This document shows positions 49,166 to 59,786 of a stretch of DNA of 64,000 nucleotides, in pieces. The stretch's first letter is position 1. Each line of letters starts with the position of its first letter. Both the position numbers and the translations under genes were made by a program. Location of the stretch: positions 1,535,139 to 1,599,138 of the forward strand of contig OZ251219.1 in the NCBI GenBank assembly GCA_965240465.1, in the 5' to 3' direction. This stretch comes from a bacterium (lineage in GTDB: Bacteria > SAR324 > JACQKK01). The notes below the pieces were generated by a model. It saw only the letters and a program-made list of their open reading frames with translations, made no database searches and was not told the DNA's origin.

Positions 49166-51441
49166 TTGCTGGATGCCTCAAAGATGCCGCTCCATTTTTG
49201 GTCTTTGGTGATGACTGGGGGTTCAGTTTTGTAGGCTTGACAGCGGTCTATGTAGGCGGACGATGCTTTATCAGCGGGTATGCTGGCTTGGCAGGCTTGG
49301 AAATGCTGGCGGGATTCATCCCACTGCATTTGGCGATAGGCTGCCAGACCAGCAGCGAAAGCATCATATCCTTGCTTCTGCCGAGGAGTTAATTTGCCTA
49401 TTCTAGCTACTACTTCATAAATGCGTACGGGTTTATTGATGCCTACCACCCGAATTAAATCTATCTCCCTGAATTCAAAATCGCCTTTGGCACTCTCGTA
49501 GGTAAATTCGGATACACAAATGGGCGTGCCGTAGTTTTTGTTGGCTCCTTCCAAGCGAGAAGCCAAGTTAACAGAATGTCCCATCATGGTGTAGTCAAAG
49601 CGTTTTTCAGAACCCATATTGCCTACCACCATCGGACCAGTATTCATACCAATACGCATATAGAGTTCAGGTCGTTTTTCTTTTTTCCATTGGACTCGCA
49701 TATCGGCCAATTTTTCTTGCATTGCCAAAGCCACCTCGCAGCTTCGGGAGGCATGGTTTTCATAGGGGATTGGAGCTCCAAAGAAAGCGATGATGGCATC
49801 TCCTTCATATTTATCAATGGTACCGCCATTGGCAGTGATAATATCGGTCATTTGAGTGAGGTACTCATTTAGCAAAGCCACCAATTCTACTGGGTCTAGA
49901 CCTTCCGATACGGTTGAGAAACTAGCTACATCGGAGAAAAAGGCGGTGAGTACCCTTCTTTCGCCGCCTAGTTTGAGCAGATCGGGATTATTCGTCAGCT
50001 GATCAATCACCTGAGGCGAGAGGTATTGCTGAAATGCTCCCTTGATAAAGCGGCGATCTTTATCGGTCACAAAGAAGCGATAAAGGGTGATACTCAGCCA
50101 GACTGCGACGACATCCAGCACCACAAAAATGTAGGAAATCCAAGTTAGTAGTGAATTGACCATATAACGATGTAGAACGGTATAACCTATTATGAAAACG
50201 GCAATAAGAATGTTACTGTAGATGTTCTTGATCTTAGATAGTATCAGGCTGAGAATAATGCCTAATAGAATGATTATTATGGCGGTGATGAAATCATTAA
50301 AAATATCCAGATGGAAATAAGATTCAGTAAGGATATTTTCCAGCAGGGTGGCATGTACTTCAACTCCTGGGTAGTTCACTTCTACGGGGGTGGTTCTTAG
50401 ATCAAAGATGCCTACCTCAGTGGCACCGATGAGTACCAGTTTATCTTTAAGGTCTTCCTTGGGGACGGTGCGGGTGATGATGTCCTTAACGGAAATATGA
50501 GGGATGGTCTGACTGGGTCCCTTGTAATTTACCTGCACTGAGCCATCATAATTGGTTCGGATGAGTGTATCGCCCAAATGTATGCCTGAAACTCCTGTTT
50601 CTGGGGTGACATCAACTTGGATTTGCCTTACTCCTAAGTAGTTGCGTAACATCTGCAAACTTAGGGAGGGGTAAATATCGCCTTTGTATTCGGTAAGCAT
50701 GTGTACTCTGCGTACCGAGCCATCTTCGGGATCTGGTTGCATGTTAAAGTATCCTGACAGCATACCCGTGTCGTGCAGGAGCTTGATGTTAGATTCCACT
50801 ACCGTGCCAATGGGAATAGTACCTCTGGTGAGACTACCTGCCTGCAACTCAATCTTAGAGTTGGCAATTCGGGCTGCCGAGCGTTTAATCTCCGTCTCTT
50901 TTAAGTGAGAAACTTGATCGCCACCGCCAAAAAAGAAATAACCCAGTACCACGTTATCTCTGGCTCTGAGAGCTCTTGCCAAACGCCTGTCGCCCTCTCC
51001 ATCCAGATCCCGTAACAGTCGCACCACCCTTCTACCAGTAGTACTCCCAGTATCCACAGCCCGCCTAATCCTAGGAATGAGCGTATCATCTCTTATCAAA
51101 TGCTCCTCTTCTGAAAACACCACATCAAATCCCATGGTGCGTACTTCATACTCATTGAGGGCCTCCACCAATTCCGCAATGGCCCTCCTAGGCCAAGGCC
51201 AGCGACCCAAGGCATCCACGCTCTCGGTGTCAATTACCGCAATCGCCAAAGCAGGATGAACTGGCAGGGGATCACGCTCCTTTAGGATAAAATCCACCCA
51301 TTGCTTATCCAGCAACTTCAAAAATGAACCACTAAAATTGAAAGTGCCATATAAAAAAGACACCACCACCACCAAAGTGGCTACCAAACCCACCCTAAAA
51401 CTGTTCAACTTAAACAAGCGTTTTAGTAATTTTCCGAGCAT
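49162..51441 (-). CDS. CHASE2-domain adenylate/guanylate cyclase
   Basis: GRWPWPR and PGVEVHA (CHASE2); three TMs; FSDV, DKYEGDA, GNMGS and VNLASRLEG (class III cyclase). Confidence 0.94.
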   Translation of the reverse strand: MLGKLLKRLFKLNSFRVGLVATLVVVVSFLYGTFNFSGSFLKLLDKQWVDFILKERDPLPVHPALAIAVIDTESVDALGRWPWPRRAIAELVEALNEYEVRTMGFDVVFSEEEHLIRDDTLIPRIRRAVDTGSTTGRRVVRLLRDLDGEGDRRLARALRARDNVVLGYFFFGGGDQVSHLKETEIKRSAARIANSKIELQAGSLTRGTIPIGTVVESNIKLLHDTGMLSGYFNMQPDPEDGSVRRVHMLTEYKGDIYPSLSLQMLRNYLGVRQIQVDVTPETGVSGIHLGDTLIRTNYDGSVQVNYKGPSQTIPHISVKDIITRTVPKEDLKDKLVLIGATEVGIFDLRTTPVEVNYPGVEVHATLLENILTESYFHLDIFNDFITAIIIILLGIILSLILSKIKNIYSNILIAVFIIGYTVLHRYMVNSLLTWISYIFVVLDVVAVWLSITLYRFFVTDKDRRFIKGAFQQYLSPQVIDQLTNNPDLLKLGGERRVLTAFFSDVASFSTVSEGLDPVELVALLNEYLTQMTDIITANGGTIDKYEGDAIIAFFGAPIPYENHASRSCEVALAMQEKLADMRVQWKKEKRPELYMRIGMNTGPMVVGNMGSEKRFDYTMMGHSVNLASRLEGANKNYGTPICVSEFTYESAKGDFEFREIDLIRVVGINKPVRIYEVVARIGKLTPRQKQGYDAFAAGLAAYRQMQWDESRQHFQACQASIPADKASSAYIDRCQAYKTEPPVITKDQKWSGIFEASSK

Positions 51442-51633
51442 AACTTCCCGAGCACAATTCCCCCGAGCATTATCGCCTGAACCTCACCGCTTGAACCTCA
51501 CCGCTTGAATATCCACTAATGTCTGCTACCGCCTGAACCTCACCGCTTGAACCTCACCGCTTGAATATCCGCTAATGTCTGCTACCGCCTGAATATCCGC
51601 TAATGTCTGCTACCGCTTGAACCTCACCGCTTG
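51430..51633. repeat. Compound repeats (CCGAGCA x3 at the start codon; CCTCACCGCTTGAA and AATATCCGCTAATGTCTGCTACCGC)
   Basis: Directly visible. Confidence 0.85.
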
Positions 51634-51752
51634 ATACTCAATTAATACTCATCAATCCTAAAACTAGCCCTAGCGGGATGCTATCATAAATATGCTATAA
51701 AAGAATTTTTTGTTTCCAGAAAAAATTACCTTGAAAAAAGCACCAGTAAAAA

Positions 51753-51821
51753 GTCATCCTGAGAAGGTCATCCTGAGAAGGTCATCCTGAGAAGGTCATC
51801 CTGAGAAGGTCATCCTGAGAA
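51753..51821. repeat. 14-nt tandem repeat GTCATCCTGAGAAG x5
   Basis: Directly visible. Confidence 0.93.
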
Positions 51822-51851
51822 AAAGTAGCTAAAACTTCAAGGAATTAAAGA

Positions 51852-52496
51852 ATGGTTGATGCCCTCATAACGTTGATAGAACTCAAATTTCCCATGGCCA
51901 AAGAAACCATGCTGCAATTGACCATCTTTACCATAATTGCTTCCATCACCCCTGGGCCTGGTAACTTAATGCTGTTAACCTCTGGGGCTAATTTTGGGAT
52001 TTGGCGGAGTCTACCTTATATGTGGGGAATTTTTTGCGGCTACATGTCGCTGTTGACCGTCATTGGTTTCGGAATTGGATCATTATTTACCAGTTTTCCA
52101 TCTTTGCAGCTATTCCTAAAAATTGCTGGCTCAATTTATTTGCTGTATTTAGCCATCCGAATTGCCCTCAGTCATTCTACTTTGGAATCAGACCTTAAAA
52201 AACAACCTCAGCCTTTCAAATTTGTGGAAGGTACTATCCTCTCTTGGCTTAATCCTAAGGCTTGGGTACTCTTAATCTCGGTCTTTTCCATTTATGTTAA
52301 TCCACAATATCCCCTAGCTTCCATTCTGTTGGTGATAATTATAACCTTCGTGATTGATATATCCTGTTCCTTATTTTGGGTCACTTGTGGCACTGCTGTC
52401 AAAAAATTCCTCTCATCTCCCATCCGTATCAGGTGTTTTAATATCTCAATGGGATTGACGCTGGCAATCGTGATTATCTTCATACTCTATGGATGA
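51852..52496 (+). CDS. LysE/RhtB-family amino acid exporter
   Basis: ITPGPGN, G..YL.YLA and LNPKAW motifs. Confidence 0.9.
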   Translation: MVDALITLIELKFPMAKETMLQLTIFTIIASITPGPGNLMLLTSGANFGIWRSLPYMWGIFCGYMSLLTVIGFGIGSLFTSFPSLQLFLKIAGSIYLLYLAIRIALSHSTLESDLKKQPQPFKFVEGTILSWLNPKAWVLLISVFSIYVNPQYPLASILLVIIITFVIDISCSLFWVTCGTAVKKFLSSPIRIRCFNISMGLTLAIVIIFILYG

Positions 52497-52558
52497 ATGG
52501 CAACAATCTCAAATATTTTCAAATATATCGGGCTAGGATGAGCATATCGCAACCCACG

Positions 52559-52649
52559 CGATGCTCGTGCGATACCCTGCGATACTCGTGCGATACTCGG
52601 ATGCTCGTGCGATACTCGGATGCTCGTGCGATACTCGGATGCTCGTGCA
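52559..52649. repeat. 19-nt tandem repeat GATGCTCGTGCGATACTCG
   Basis: Directly visible upstream of sucC. Confidence 0.85.
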
Positions 52650-52723
52650 ATTCGTGAAAAGAATCGGAGCTAATCCTCTTAAAAAACTTGCCAGAAAGCG
52701 GTGTTTGTGGATAATGCAGTTAT

Positions 52724-53899
52724 ATGAAGATACATGAGCATCAGGCGAAAGAGATATTGGTTCGTTATGATGTGCCTACTCCTAAGGGGGTTGCCGTTTT
52801 TTCGGTATCGGAAGCTGTCAAAGCAACAGAAGAGATAGGGGGTTCGTGCTGGGTACTAAAAGCTCAGATTCATGCTGGAGGGCGAGGCAAGGGAGGGGGC
52901 GTGAAGGTTTGTGGTAGTCGGGAGGAGTTACAAAGAGAAGCCGAGCGTATGCTGGGGATGCAGTTGGTGACTCATCAAACGGGGCCTGAGGGTCAACTGG
53001 TGCAAAGGTTGCTAGTGGAGGAAGGATTGGAGATAGAGAAGGAATTTTATCTTTCCATGCTGGAGGATCGGAGTAGCCAATGCCCGATGGTACTCGCCTG
53101 CGGACAGGGAGGAATGGATATAGAAGAAGTAGCTGCTAAAACGCCTGCTAAGATTCATCGGGAGGCGATTGATGTGTTGCTGGGATTTCGTCCTTTTCAG
53201 GCTGCCAGATTGATAGAAAAGCTGGAGATTGCCCAGATTAATTCTCAATTAGTTCGCCCAGCTGCCAAAATGTTGCTTAATCTTTACGAATCTTTTAGCC
53301 AAGAAGATTTCTCATTGCTGGAGATCAACCCCCTAGCACTCACCGCGGATGGACGCATTCTGGCATTGGATGCCAAAGTCACCCTAGATGATAACGCCTC
53401 TTTCCGACATCCCAATTGGCAAAAACTATCCGATCCCAATGAAGAAAATCCGCTGGAACGACAAGCCTCAGAAGCGGATCTGAGTTATATCAAGCTAGCT
53501 GGTAGCATCGGCTGTATGGTGAACGGAGCAGGACTAGCAATGGCTACCATGGATTTAATCAAATCTTTTGGCGGAGAACCTGCCAATTTCCTAGATGTAG
53601 GCGGAAACGCCACCGCGGAACGCATCTGCACTGCCTTTCGCATTATCACCGATGACGACAATGTTAAGTGCATACTCATCAACATTTTTGGCGGGATAGT
53701 ACGTTGCGACTTGGTAGCTGAAGGCATCATTAAAGCCTTTCAAAAAGTCCAACCCAGCTCTGCAGTAGTAGTTCGCCTAGAAGGCAGTCGGGTTGAGGAA
53801 GCCCGTCAACTGATACGCCATTCCCCTCTGCAAGAAAAATTGTTCATCGCTGATAACCTCAAAGATGCAGGACAGCAGTGCGTTAAACTGGCTCAATAA
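52724..53899 (+). CDS. sucC: Succinyl-CoA ligase beta subunit
   Basis: [27 protein letters not shown] and [10 protein letters not shown] motifs. Confidence 0.98.
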   Translation: MKIHEHQAKEILVRYDVPTPKGVAVFSVSEAVKATEEIGGSCWVLKAQIHAGGRGKGGGVKVCGSREELQREAERMLGMQLVTHQTGPEGQLVQRLLVEEGLEIEKEFYLSMLEDRSSQCPMVLACGQGGMDIEEVAAKTPAKIHREAIDVLLGFRPFQAARLIEKLEIAQINSQLVRPAAKMLLNLYESFSQEDFSLLEINPLALTADGRILALDAKVTLDDNASFRHPNWQKLSDPNEENPLERQASEADLSYIKLAGSIGCMVNGAGLAMATMDLIKSFGGEPANFLDVGGNATAERICTAFRIITDDDNVKCILINIFGGIVRCDLVAEGIIKAFQKVQPSSAVVVRLEGSRVEEARQLIRHSPLQEKLFIADNLKDAGQQCVKLAQ

Positions 53900-53901
53900 A
53901 C

Positions 53902-54843
53902 ATGGCTATCCTCCTTGACAAAAATTCCCGCCTACTAGTACAAGGAATAACTGGCACACAAGGCTCGCTACACACTCGTGCCTGTAAAGAATATGGAACT
54001 CAGGTTGTCGCAGGCGTAACCCCTGGCAAAGGAGGGCAATCATTTGAGGGAATCCCAGTGTTCAACAGCGTAGCCGTAGCCGTTAAAAACACTCAAGCCA
54101 ATGTCTCCATGGTGTTCGTACCACCTCCATTTGCTGCCGATGCCATCATTGAAGCCGCTTATGCCCAAATTCCCCTCATCATTTGCATCACTGAGGGCAT
54201 CCCCGTATCCGATATGATGTGCGTCTCTGCCTACCTGAAAAATAAACCCACCAGATTAATCGGACCCAACTGCCCAGGAATTATCACTCCTGAGCAAGCC
54301 AAAGTAGGCATAATGCCCAGCTACATCCATAAAGCAGGACCAATCGGGGTCATCTCACGCTCTGGAACTCTCACCTATGAAACAGTCTGGCAACTAACCC
54401 AGCTCGGTTTAGGACAATCCACCTGCATCGGAATCGGCGGCGACTCCATCCAAGGAACTAACTTTGTGGACTGCCTAAAACTCTTCCAGCTAGACCCCGA
54501 TACTAAAGGAATCGTCCTCATCGGCGAAATTGGCGGAAATGCAGAAGAAGAAGCTGCCGAGTACATCAGGAACAATATCACCAAACCAAGCATCACCAAA
54601 CCAAGCATCACCAAACCGAGCATCACCAAACCGAGCATCACCAAACCAATTGTCGCATTCATCGCTGGGCAAACCGCCCCCATCGGTCGCCGAATGGGAC
54701 ACGCTGGTGCCATCGTAGCAGGAGGAAAAGGCACCGCGGATGAAAAAATCAAGGCTCTTCAAGCCGCAGGAGTACACATCGCTCCTACTCCCGACGTGAT
54801 TGGGCAAACCATGTTTGCGGCAATGAAAAAAATCATCAACTGA
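53902..54843 (+). CDS. sucD: Succinyl-CoA ligase alpha subunit with ITKPS repeat insertion (54577-54648)
   Basis: [15 protein letters not shown] and RMGHAGA motifs. Confidence 0.98.
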   Translation: MAILLDKNSRLLVQGITGTQGSLHTRACKEYGTQVVAGVTPGKGGQSFEGIPVFNSVAVAVKNTQANVSMVFVPPPFAADAIIEAAYAQIPLIICITEGIPVSDMMCVSAYLKNKPTRLIGPNCPGIITPEQAKVGIMPSYIHKAGPIGVISRSGTLTYETVWQLTQLGLGQSTCIGIGGDSIQGTNFVDCLKLFQLDPDTKGIVLIGEIGGNAEEEAAEYIRNNITKPSITKPSITKPSITKPSITKPIVAFIAGQTAPIGRRMGHAGAIVAGGKGTADEKIKALQAAGVHIAPTPDVIGQTMFAAMKKIIN

Positions 54844-54850
54844 TGAGGCC

Positions 54851-55576
54851 ATGAACCCTATCCTGAAAAACGGCGTGGTAATCGCGGCTGGTGGCGAGAG
54901 TAGGCGGATGGGAACAGGAAAAATCTGGCGTTTGCTGGGTGATCGTCCTGTGCTGGAGTGGGTACTGAGGCTGTTCTTAGGCAATCGCGAGATAAGCAGA
55001 GTAATAATTTCTATTCACAAGGGAGATGAAGAGCGTTTTGAGGCACTGAAGGCTAAGCTAAATGCAGGAGAACGATTAACCTATGTTTTAGGTGGTCAGG
55101 AGCGTCAAGATTCGGTATATTCCGCTCTACAAAGTTTTGCCGAACAGCCACCGAGCAGGGTTTTGATTCATGATGGGGCGCGTCCTTTGTGCGATAAGGA
55201 TTTATTAAGTCGTGTTCTGTTGGCCCTGAAAAACCATCCCGTAGTCCTGCCTATATTGCCCGTACACGATACCGTTCGCAGGCAAACAGAAGGGGGGTCA
55301 TGGCAACTGGTAGCCAGAAATAGCTTGATAAAAACTCAAACCCCGCAAGGGTTCTGGTGGGATACCATTTGGCAAGTACATTGCTTATCAAAAAAGAAGC
55401 GGCTTTGTTATACCGATGATGCAGAAATGGTCATACAAGCAGGTCATCAGGTGCATATGGAAATGGGCTTAGCTGAGAATATCAAGCTAACTACCGAAGA
55501 TGATTTTGAATTTGCTAAACGTGTGCTATCATGGGGTAATAGAGATTATGAGGCTAATGTAATAAAAAATACTTGA
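54851..55576 (+). CDS. ispD: 2-C-methyl-D-erythritol 4-phosphate cytidylyltransferase
   Basis: AAGG.S.RM, GG.ERQDSV, IHDGARP, QTPQGF, TDDA and NIKLT motifs. Confidence 0.95.
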   Translation: MNPILKNGVVIAAGGESRRMGTGKIWRLLGDRPVLEWVLRLFLGNREISRVIISIHKGDEERFEALKAKLNAGERLTYVLGGQERQDSVYSALQSFAEQPPSRVLIHDGARPLCDKDLLSRVLLALKNHPVVLPILPVHDTVRRQTEGGSWQLVARNSLIKTQTPQGFWWDTIWQVHCLSKKKRLCYTDDAEMVIQAGHQVHMEMGLAENIKLTTEDDFEFAKRVLSWGNRDYEANVIKNT

Positions 55577-55645
55577 GGAACTTGAGTAAAAAGTAATATG
55601 CTCAGCCGCTAGCACGCACAAAAATGACACGCTCTGTGAATTGAC

Positions 55646-57871
55646 ATGAGAACTAGTTTAGGCAATTTTTATAGGCTATCGCCCCTCGCCCAGCTGGCTG
55701 GGTGCTGCATGGCCTTGCTATTGATACTCGGCGGCACCAAAGAAGGATGGTCGCAACAACAAACGGGGCAGGTAAGTGAAAAAAAAGATGAAGGGATTTA
55801 TCTAAATTTTGATAATGTGAATATCAGGTCGTTCTTGCAGGCGATGTCTGATTCCTTGCAAGTAGCCCTAGTTTGGGATGAAAAAAAGGTCAGGGGAACC
55901 ATAACGGTGCTTTCGCCACAGCCATTTGAGCGAGTCACCGCCATGGAAATATTTGAAAGTGTACTCTCCCTGCGAGGATATGCAATCGTACAACATCCCT
56001 CGGCACCACTACTGCAAGTCGTTCCCGTTAGAGATGTCCCTAAATCAGTCTCTAAGGTCAGCGGTCAGCGAATAGGGCGACAAAAAATACCGCCCTTTAG
56101 TCATACCGAAATTATTCAACTGCGTTATGCCGACGGTAATGCCATCAGTACCCTGCTGAGGTCTCTATCACCTAATCCCTCCTCCATTCTGCTCTACAAG
56201 CCCGCCAATGTACTTATGCTGACCGAAAGCCAAGCCACTCTTCAGCGAATGAAAGACATAATAAAGCAACTAGATGCTCCCAGCGGACAATCCAATTTCG
56301 AGGTCTTTAAGCTGAAATATGCCGAAGCCTCAAAACTAGCACCTGTACTACGAACCCTAGGAACCACAATGTTGGAATCCCGAGGAGTAGTAGTCGCCAA
56401 AAAACAATCTGGAAGTCTTTTTAGAACCATCCAAATCCAAGCAGATGTCCGCACTAACAGCTTGTTAGTCATAGCCAGTAAGGAAGTCATCGCTGGGTTT
56501 AGAGATGTTATCAGGGAAGTAGATATACCTCCCACCATCTCGCAACGAAAACTCAGAGTCTTCCGACTAGAACACGCAAATGCCGAAGAACTAGTCAAAA
56601 TATTCAAGGCCATGGACCTGAAATCACTCGCACAAAATCCTACCTCCAAAAAGTCTGCCAAAATTAGCATCAGTGCCGACAAAGCCACCAACTCGCTGGT
56701 CGTATTTGGACCCGTAGAAATAGTTAATACAGTCTCTGAAATGCTGACAGAACTTGATGTCCGACCACCTCAAGTGTTCGTTGAAGTCCTGGTCATGGAA
56801 ATGTCGCTAGAAAAAAGCCTTGACCTTGGCGTCCGTTGGCAAGCACTTAGCCCAGGTGGTAACAGTCTCTCCGGTGGAGGCTTCCCTTCCGCTTCCCCAC
56901 TGACTACCGCTCAAGCCGCCGCGGCTGGCGACGGTGCTCTAATAGGCGTTATCGGCAACACCATTGCTTATGATGGACAAAACTTTACTTCCTTCAGCGG
57001 ATTTATTAGAGCCTTGCAAAAAGATCAAGACGTTAACATCGTCGCTAATCCACAGGTGCTTACCGTCAACAATAAACAAGCCGAAATAAATGTCAGCTCT
57101 GTTATCCCTGTTTCTACCCGCACCGTCACCAATACCCAAAATCAAACCACCACCGAATTTGAATTTAGAGATGTAGGTGTTATCTTAAAAATTACTCCCC
57201 AAATCACCAGCGGTAATAGAGTCCGTCTGATTATTAAACAGGAATTTAGTAGCATCTCTAGTGATGCTAGCTCCAACATAGCCACTGCCATCACCACCCT
57301 TAAACGCTCCATTAATACCGAAGTGGTGGTGGATGATAAATCCACCATGGCCATCGGTGGACTAATACATAATCAAACCGTGAATATCACCAATCGCGTT
57401 CCTTTCCTCAGTCGTATTTGGATTATTGGTAATCTATTCAAAAGTCGTCAAAATTCAGTCCGTAAGACAAATCTGCTGGTTTTCATCCGCCCCACTATTA
57501 TCAGCTCTCAAGAAGACGGCCTTGAAAACTCCCGACGCGTGCAAAAACGCTACGATAAAACCAAAGACCTTCTAAAAGGACTAGAAGAAGAACTTAAAAA
57601 AGACTTCACCATCCCTGAAGATAATCCAGACCCCAAACCTGATAACCAACTCCTGCCACCCAAACGACTCTACAAGGAAGACCTAGACGAAGAATCCTTC
57701 TCAGAAGGTATCTCAAACGGTAACATCCTCTCCGATGAAATGCTGAGCCTTGATTTCTCTCTACTTCCCATCCCTAAGCCCAACCTACCACCTGAGGAAC
57801 TGTTGGCTCTGGAAGTACTTCGAGAACAATCCCAAAAAATACAATATGTTGAAAATCGCTCTAAAAAATAG
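55646..57871 (+). CDS. gspD: Type II secretion secretin GspD
   Basis: LNFDN N0 domain, repeated L.YA.A/D..TNSL N domains, RDVGVILKITPQI and VPFLSRI..IG.LF. Confidence 0.88.
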   Translation: MRTSLGNFYRLSPLAQLAGCCMALLLILGGTKEGWSQQQTGQVSEKKDEGIYLNFDNVNIRSFLQAMSDSLQVALVWDEKKVRGTITVLSPQPFERVTAMEIFESVLSLRGYAIVQHPSAPLLQVVPVRDVPKSVSKVSGQRIGRQKIPPFSHTEIIQLRYADGNAISTLLRSLSPNPSSILLYKPANVLMLTESQATLQRMKDIIKQLDAPSGQSNFEVFKLKYAEASKLAPVLRTLGTTMLESRGVVVAKKQSGSLFRTIQIQADVRTNSLLVIASKEVIAGFRDVIREVDIPPTISQRKLRVFRLEHANAEELVKIFKAMDLKSLAQNPTSKKSAKISISADKATNSLVVFGPVEIVNTVSEMLTELDVRPPQVFVEVLVMEMSLEKSLDLGVRWQALSPGGNSLSGGGFPSASPLTTAQAAAAGDGALIGVIGNTIAYDGQNFTSFSGFIRALQKDQDVNIVANPQVLTVNNKQAEINVSSVIPVSTRTVTNTQNQTTTEFEFRDVGVILKITPQITSGNRVRLIIKQEFSSISSDASSNIATAITTLKRSINTEVVVDDKSTMAIGGLIHNQTVNITNRVPFLSRIWIIGNLFKSRQNSVRKTNLLVFIRPTIISSQEDGLENSRRVQKRYDKTKDLLKGLEEELKKDFTIPEDNPDPKPDNQLLPPKRLYKEDLDEESFSEGISNGNILSDEMLSLDFSLLPIPKPNLPPEELLALEVLREQSQKIQYVENRSKK

Positions 57872-57875
57872 ACGG

Positions 57876-58625
57876 CTAATGGTAGAGTATCTGGCTTAGG
57901 AATAATTTCGTTCTTGCTTCTTTGGGCTTGGAGAAAAAATTGTCGGGGGAGGCACTTTCTACGATTCTACCCTCATCCATGAAAATAACACAATCTGCCA
58001 CTTCCCGAGCGAATCCCATTTCATGAGTAACTACCAGCATGGTCATGCCTTGTTTTGCTAATTCTCTCATGACATCAAGGACTTCCTTAATCATTTCTGG
58101 ATCTAGGGCTGAGGTGGGTTCATCAAATAACATGATGCGCGGTTCCATAGCCAGAGAGCGAGCAATGGCAACCCTTTGCTGCTGACCTCCTGAAAGCTGT
58201 CCCGGAAATTTATCTGCTTGCTCTGCTATCCCTACCCGCTTAAGCAGTTTTCGGGCATTGTGGATGGCTTTCTCTTTGGGTATCTTGCGGACCCACCTAG
58301 GAGCAAGGGTGATGTTATCCAGCACGGTTAAGTGGGGAAAAAGATTAAACTGCTGAAAAACAATCCCTATCTGGCTACGAATTTTTTCTATATTCTTAAG
58401 ATCGTGGGAAAGCTCTACTCCATCCACTATGATGCTTCCTTCGTCATGACTTTCTAGGCGGTTGATGGTGCGAATAAGAGTAGATTTGCCCGAACCAGAT
58501 GGTCCACAGATAACCACCCTCTCTTTATGAGATACTTCAAGATTGATGTCCTTAAGTACCTGAAAATCACCGTACTTCTTGCAAAGGCCCGATATCTTGA
58601 TGATGCTATCGCTTGATTTCTTCAT
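57876..58625 (-). CDS. aapP: General L-amino acid ABC transporter ATP-binding protein
   Basis: [17 protein letters not shown] and [12 protein letters not shown] motifs. Confidence 0.9.
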   Translation of the reverse strand: MKKSSDSIIKISGLCKKYGDFQVLKDINLEVSHKERVVICGPSGSGKSTLIRTINRLESHDEGSIIVDGVELSHDLKNIEKIRSQIGIVFQQFNLFPHLTVLDNITLAPRWVRKIPKEKAIHNARKLLKRVGIAEQADKFPGQLSGGQQQRVAIARSLAMEPRIMLFDEPTSALDPEMIKEVLDVMRELAKQGMTMLVVTHEMGFAREVADCVIFMDEGRIVESASPDNFFSKPKEARTKLFLSQILYH

Positions 58626-58652
58626 AAAATTTGCTCCTTAGTGGTAGAAAAA

Positions 58653-59771
58653 TTATTTATTATCGGAGGTAGCTAGTCTTTCTTCCAATTTCTTGGAATA
58701 GCGAGACATCCCATAACACATTATCCAGTAGACAAAAGCTACAAAAACATAAACCTCTACGCTCTTTCCCAGCCAATTGGCATTGTTAACCACCTGCTGA
58801 GCAGCCCCTAGAAAATCGGCAAGCCCAATGATAACCACCAGCGAAGTGTCTTTGAAAAGCTCAATGAAAGTTCCTAACATGGGAGGAATTACAATCCTAA
58901 GTGCCTGAGGCAAAACTATCAAACGGGTAGATTGCCAGTACGAAAGCCCTAAGGCATCGGCTGCTTCTTGCTGTCCGTTAGGGATCGTCTGTAATCCAGC
59001 CCGTACCACCTCGGCTACATATGCAGAAGAAAATAAGAAAAATCCTATCTGAGCCCGCAGGAGATTATCAATAAAAACCCTCTCAGGCAAAAAAAGCGGC
59101 AACATTACATTCGCAGTGAAAAGAATGGTTATCAGAGGTACCCCTCGAATGAGCTCAATAAAACTGACGCAAAGAGTCCTTAACACTGGCAAAGTCTTAC
59201 TCCGCCTCCCCAGTGCCAGTAACACGCCCAAAGGAAAAGAAAATCCTATCCCTCCCACAGTTAAAATTAAAGTGACTATCAGCCCTCCCCAAAAATTGGT
59301 GCGCACCAAAGGCAACCAAGGAACTCCGCCCATTAACAAAAAAACCAACCCAAAAGGAGCTATCAACCACGCCACTAAGTAAGCTGGACGTCTTCTTATC
59401 GCAGGAATAAAAATCATCAATGCCAATGCCAAAATGAAAAATATAGCCAAATAAGGACGCCAGCGTTCTTCATAGGGATAATTGCCAGCCAAAAAAATAT
59501 GGCGCATATCATTCACCACCGACCAACAAGCACCATCTATGCTTAAACCATCTGCCTGATAACCTTCCCGACAACTCAGATACTTAACCTCAGCTACCTT
59601 CCAAACGGCATCAAATACCGCCCACTGCAAAAAACTAGACAAAATATGCCATCCTAACCATAGACACACCAAGGTCAGCAACGAATTCCACCAACTGTTA
59701 AATAAATTAGCGCGTAGCCATCTGTATGCATCCCACCCTAAACTTAGGTACTGAACTCTGAATACCGTCAT
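58653..59771 (-). CDS. aapM: General L-amino acid ABC transporter permease
   Basis: NLF..WWNSLLT, GACW, IRGVPLI and EVVRAG...GQ.EAA motifs. Confidence 0.9.
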   Translation of the reverse strand: MTVFRVQYLSLGWDAYRWLRANLFNSWWNSLLTLVCLWLGWHILSSFLQWAVFDAVWKVAEVKYLSCREGYQADGLSIDGACWSVVNDMRHIFLAGNYPYEERWRPYLAIFFILALALMIFIPAIRRRPAYLVAWLIAPFGLVFLLMGGVPWLPLVRTNFWGGLIVTLILTVGGIGFSFPLGVLLALGRRSKTLPVLRTLCVSFIELIRGVPLITILFTANVMLPLFLPERVFIDNLLRAQIGFFLFSSAYVAEVVRAGLQTIPNGQQEAADALGLSYWQSTRLIVLPQALRIVIPPMLGTFIELFKDTSLVVIIGLADFLGAAQQVVNNANWLGKSVEVYVFVAFVYWIMCYGMSRYSKKLEERLATSDNK

Positions 59772-59786
59772 ATGCTTAAAACTCCT

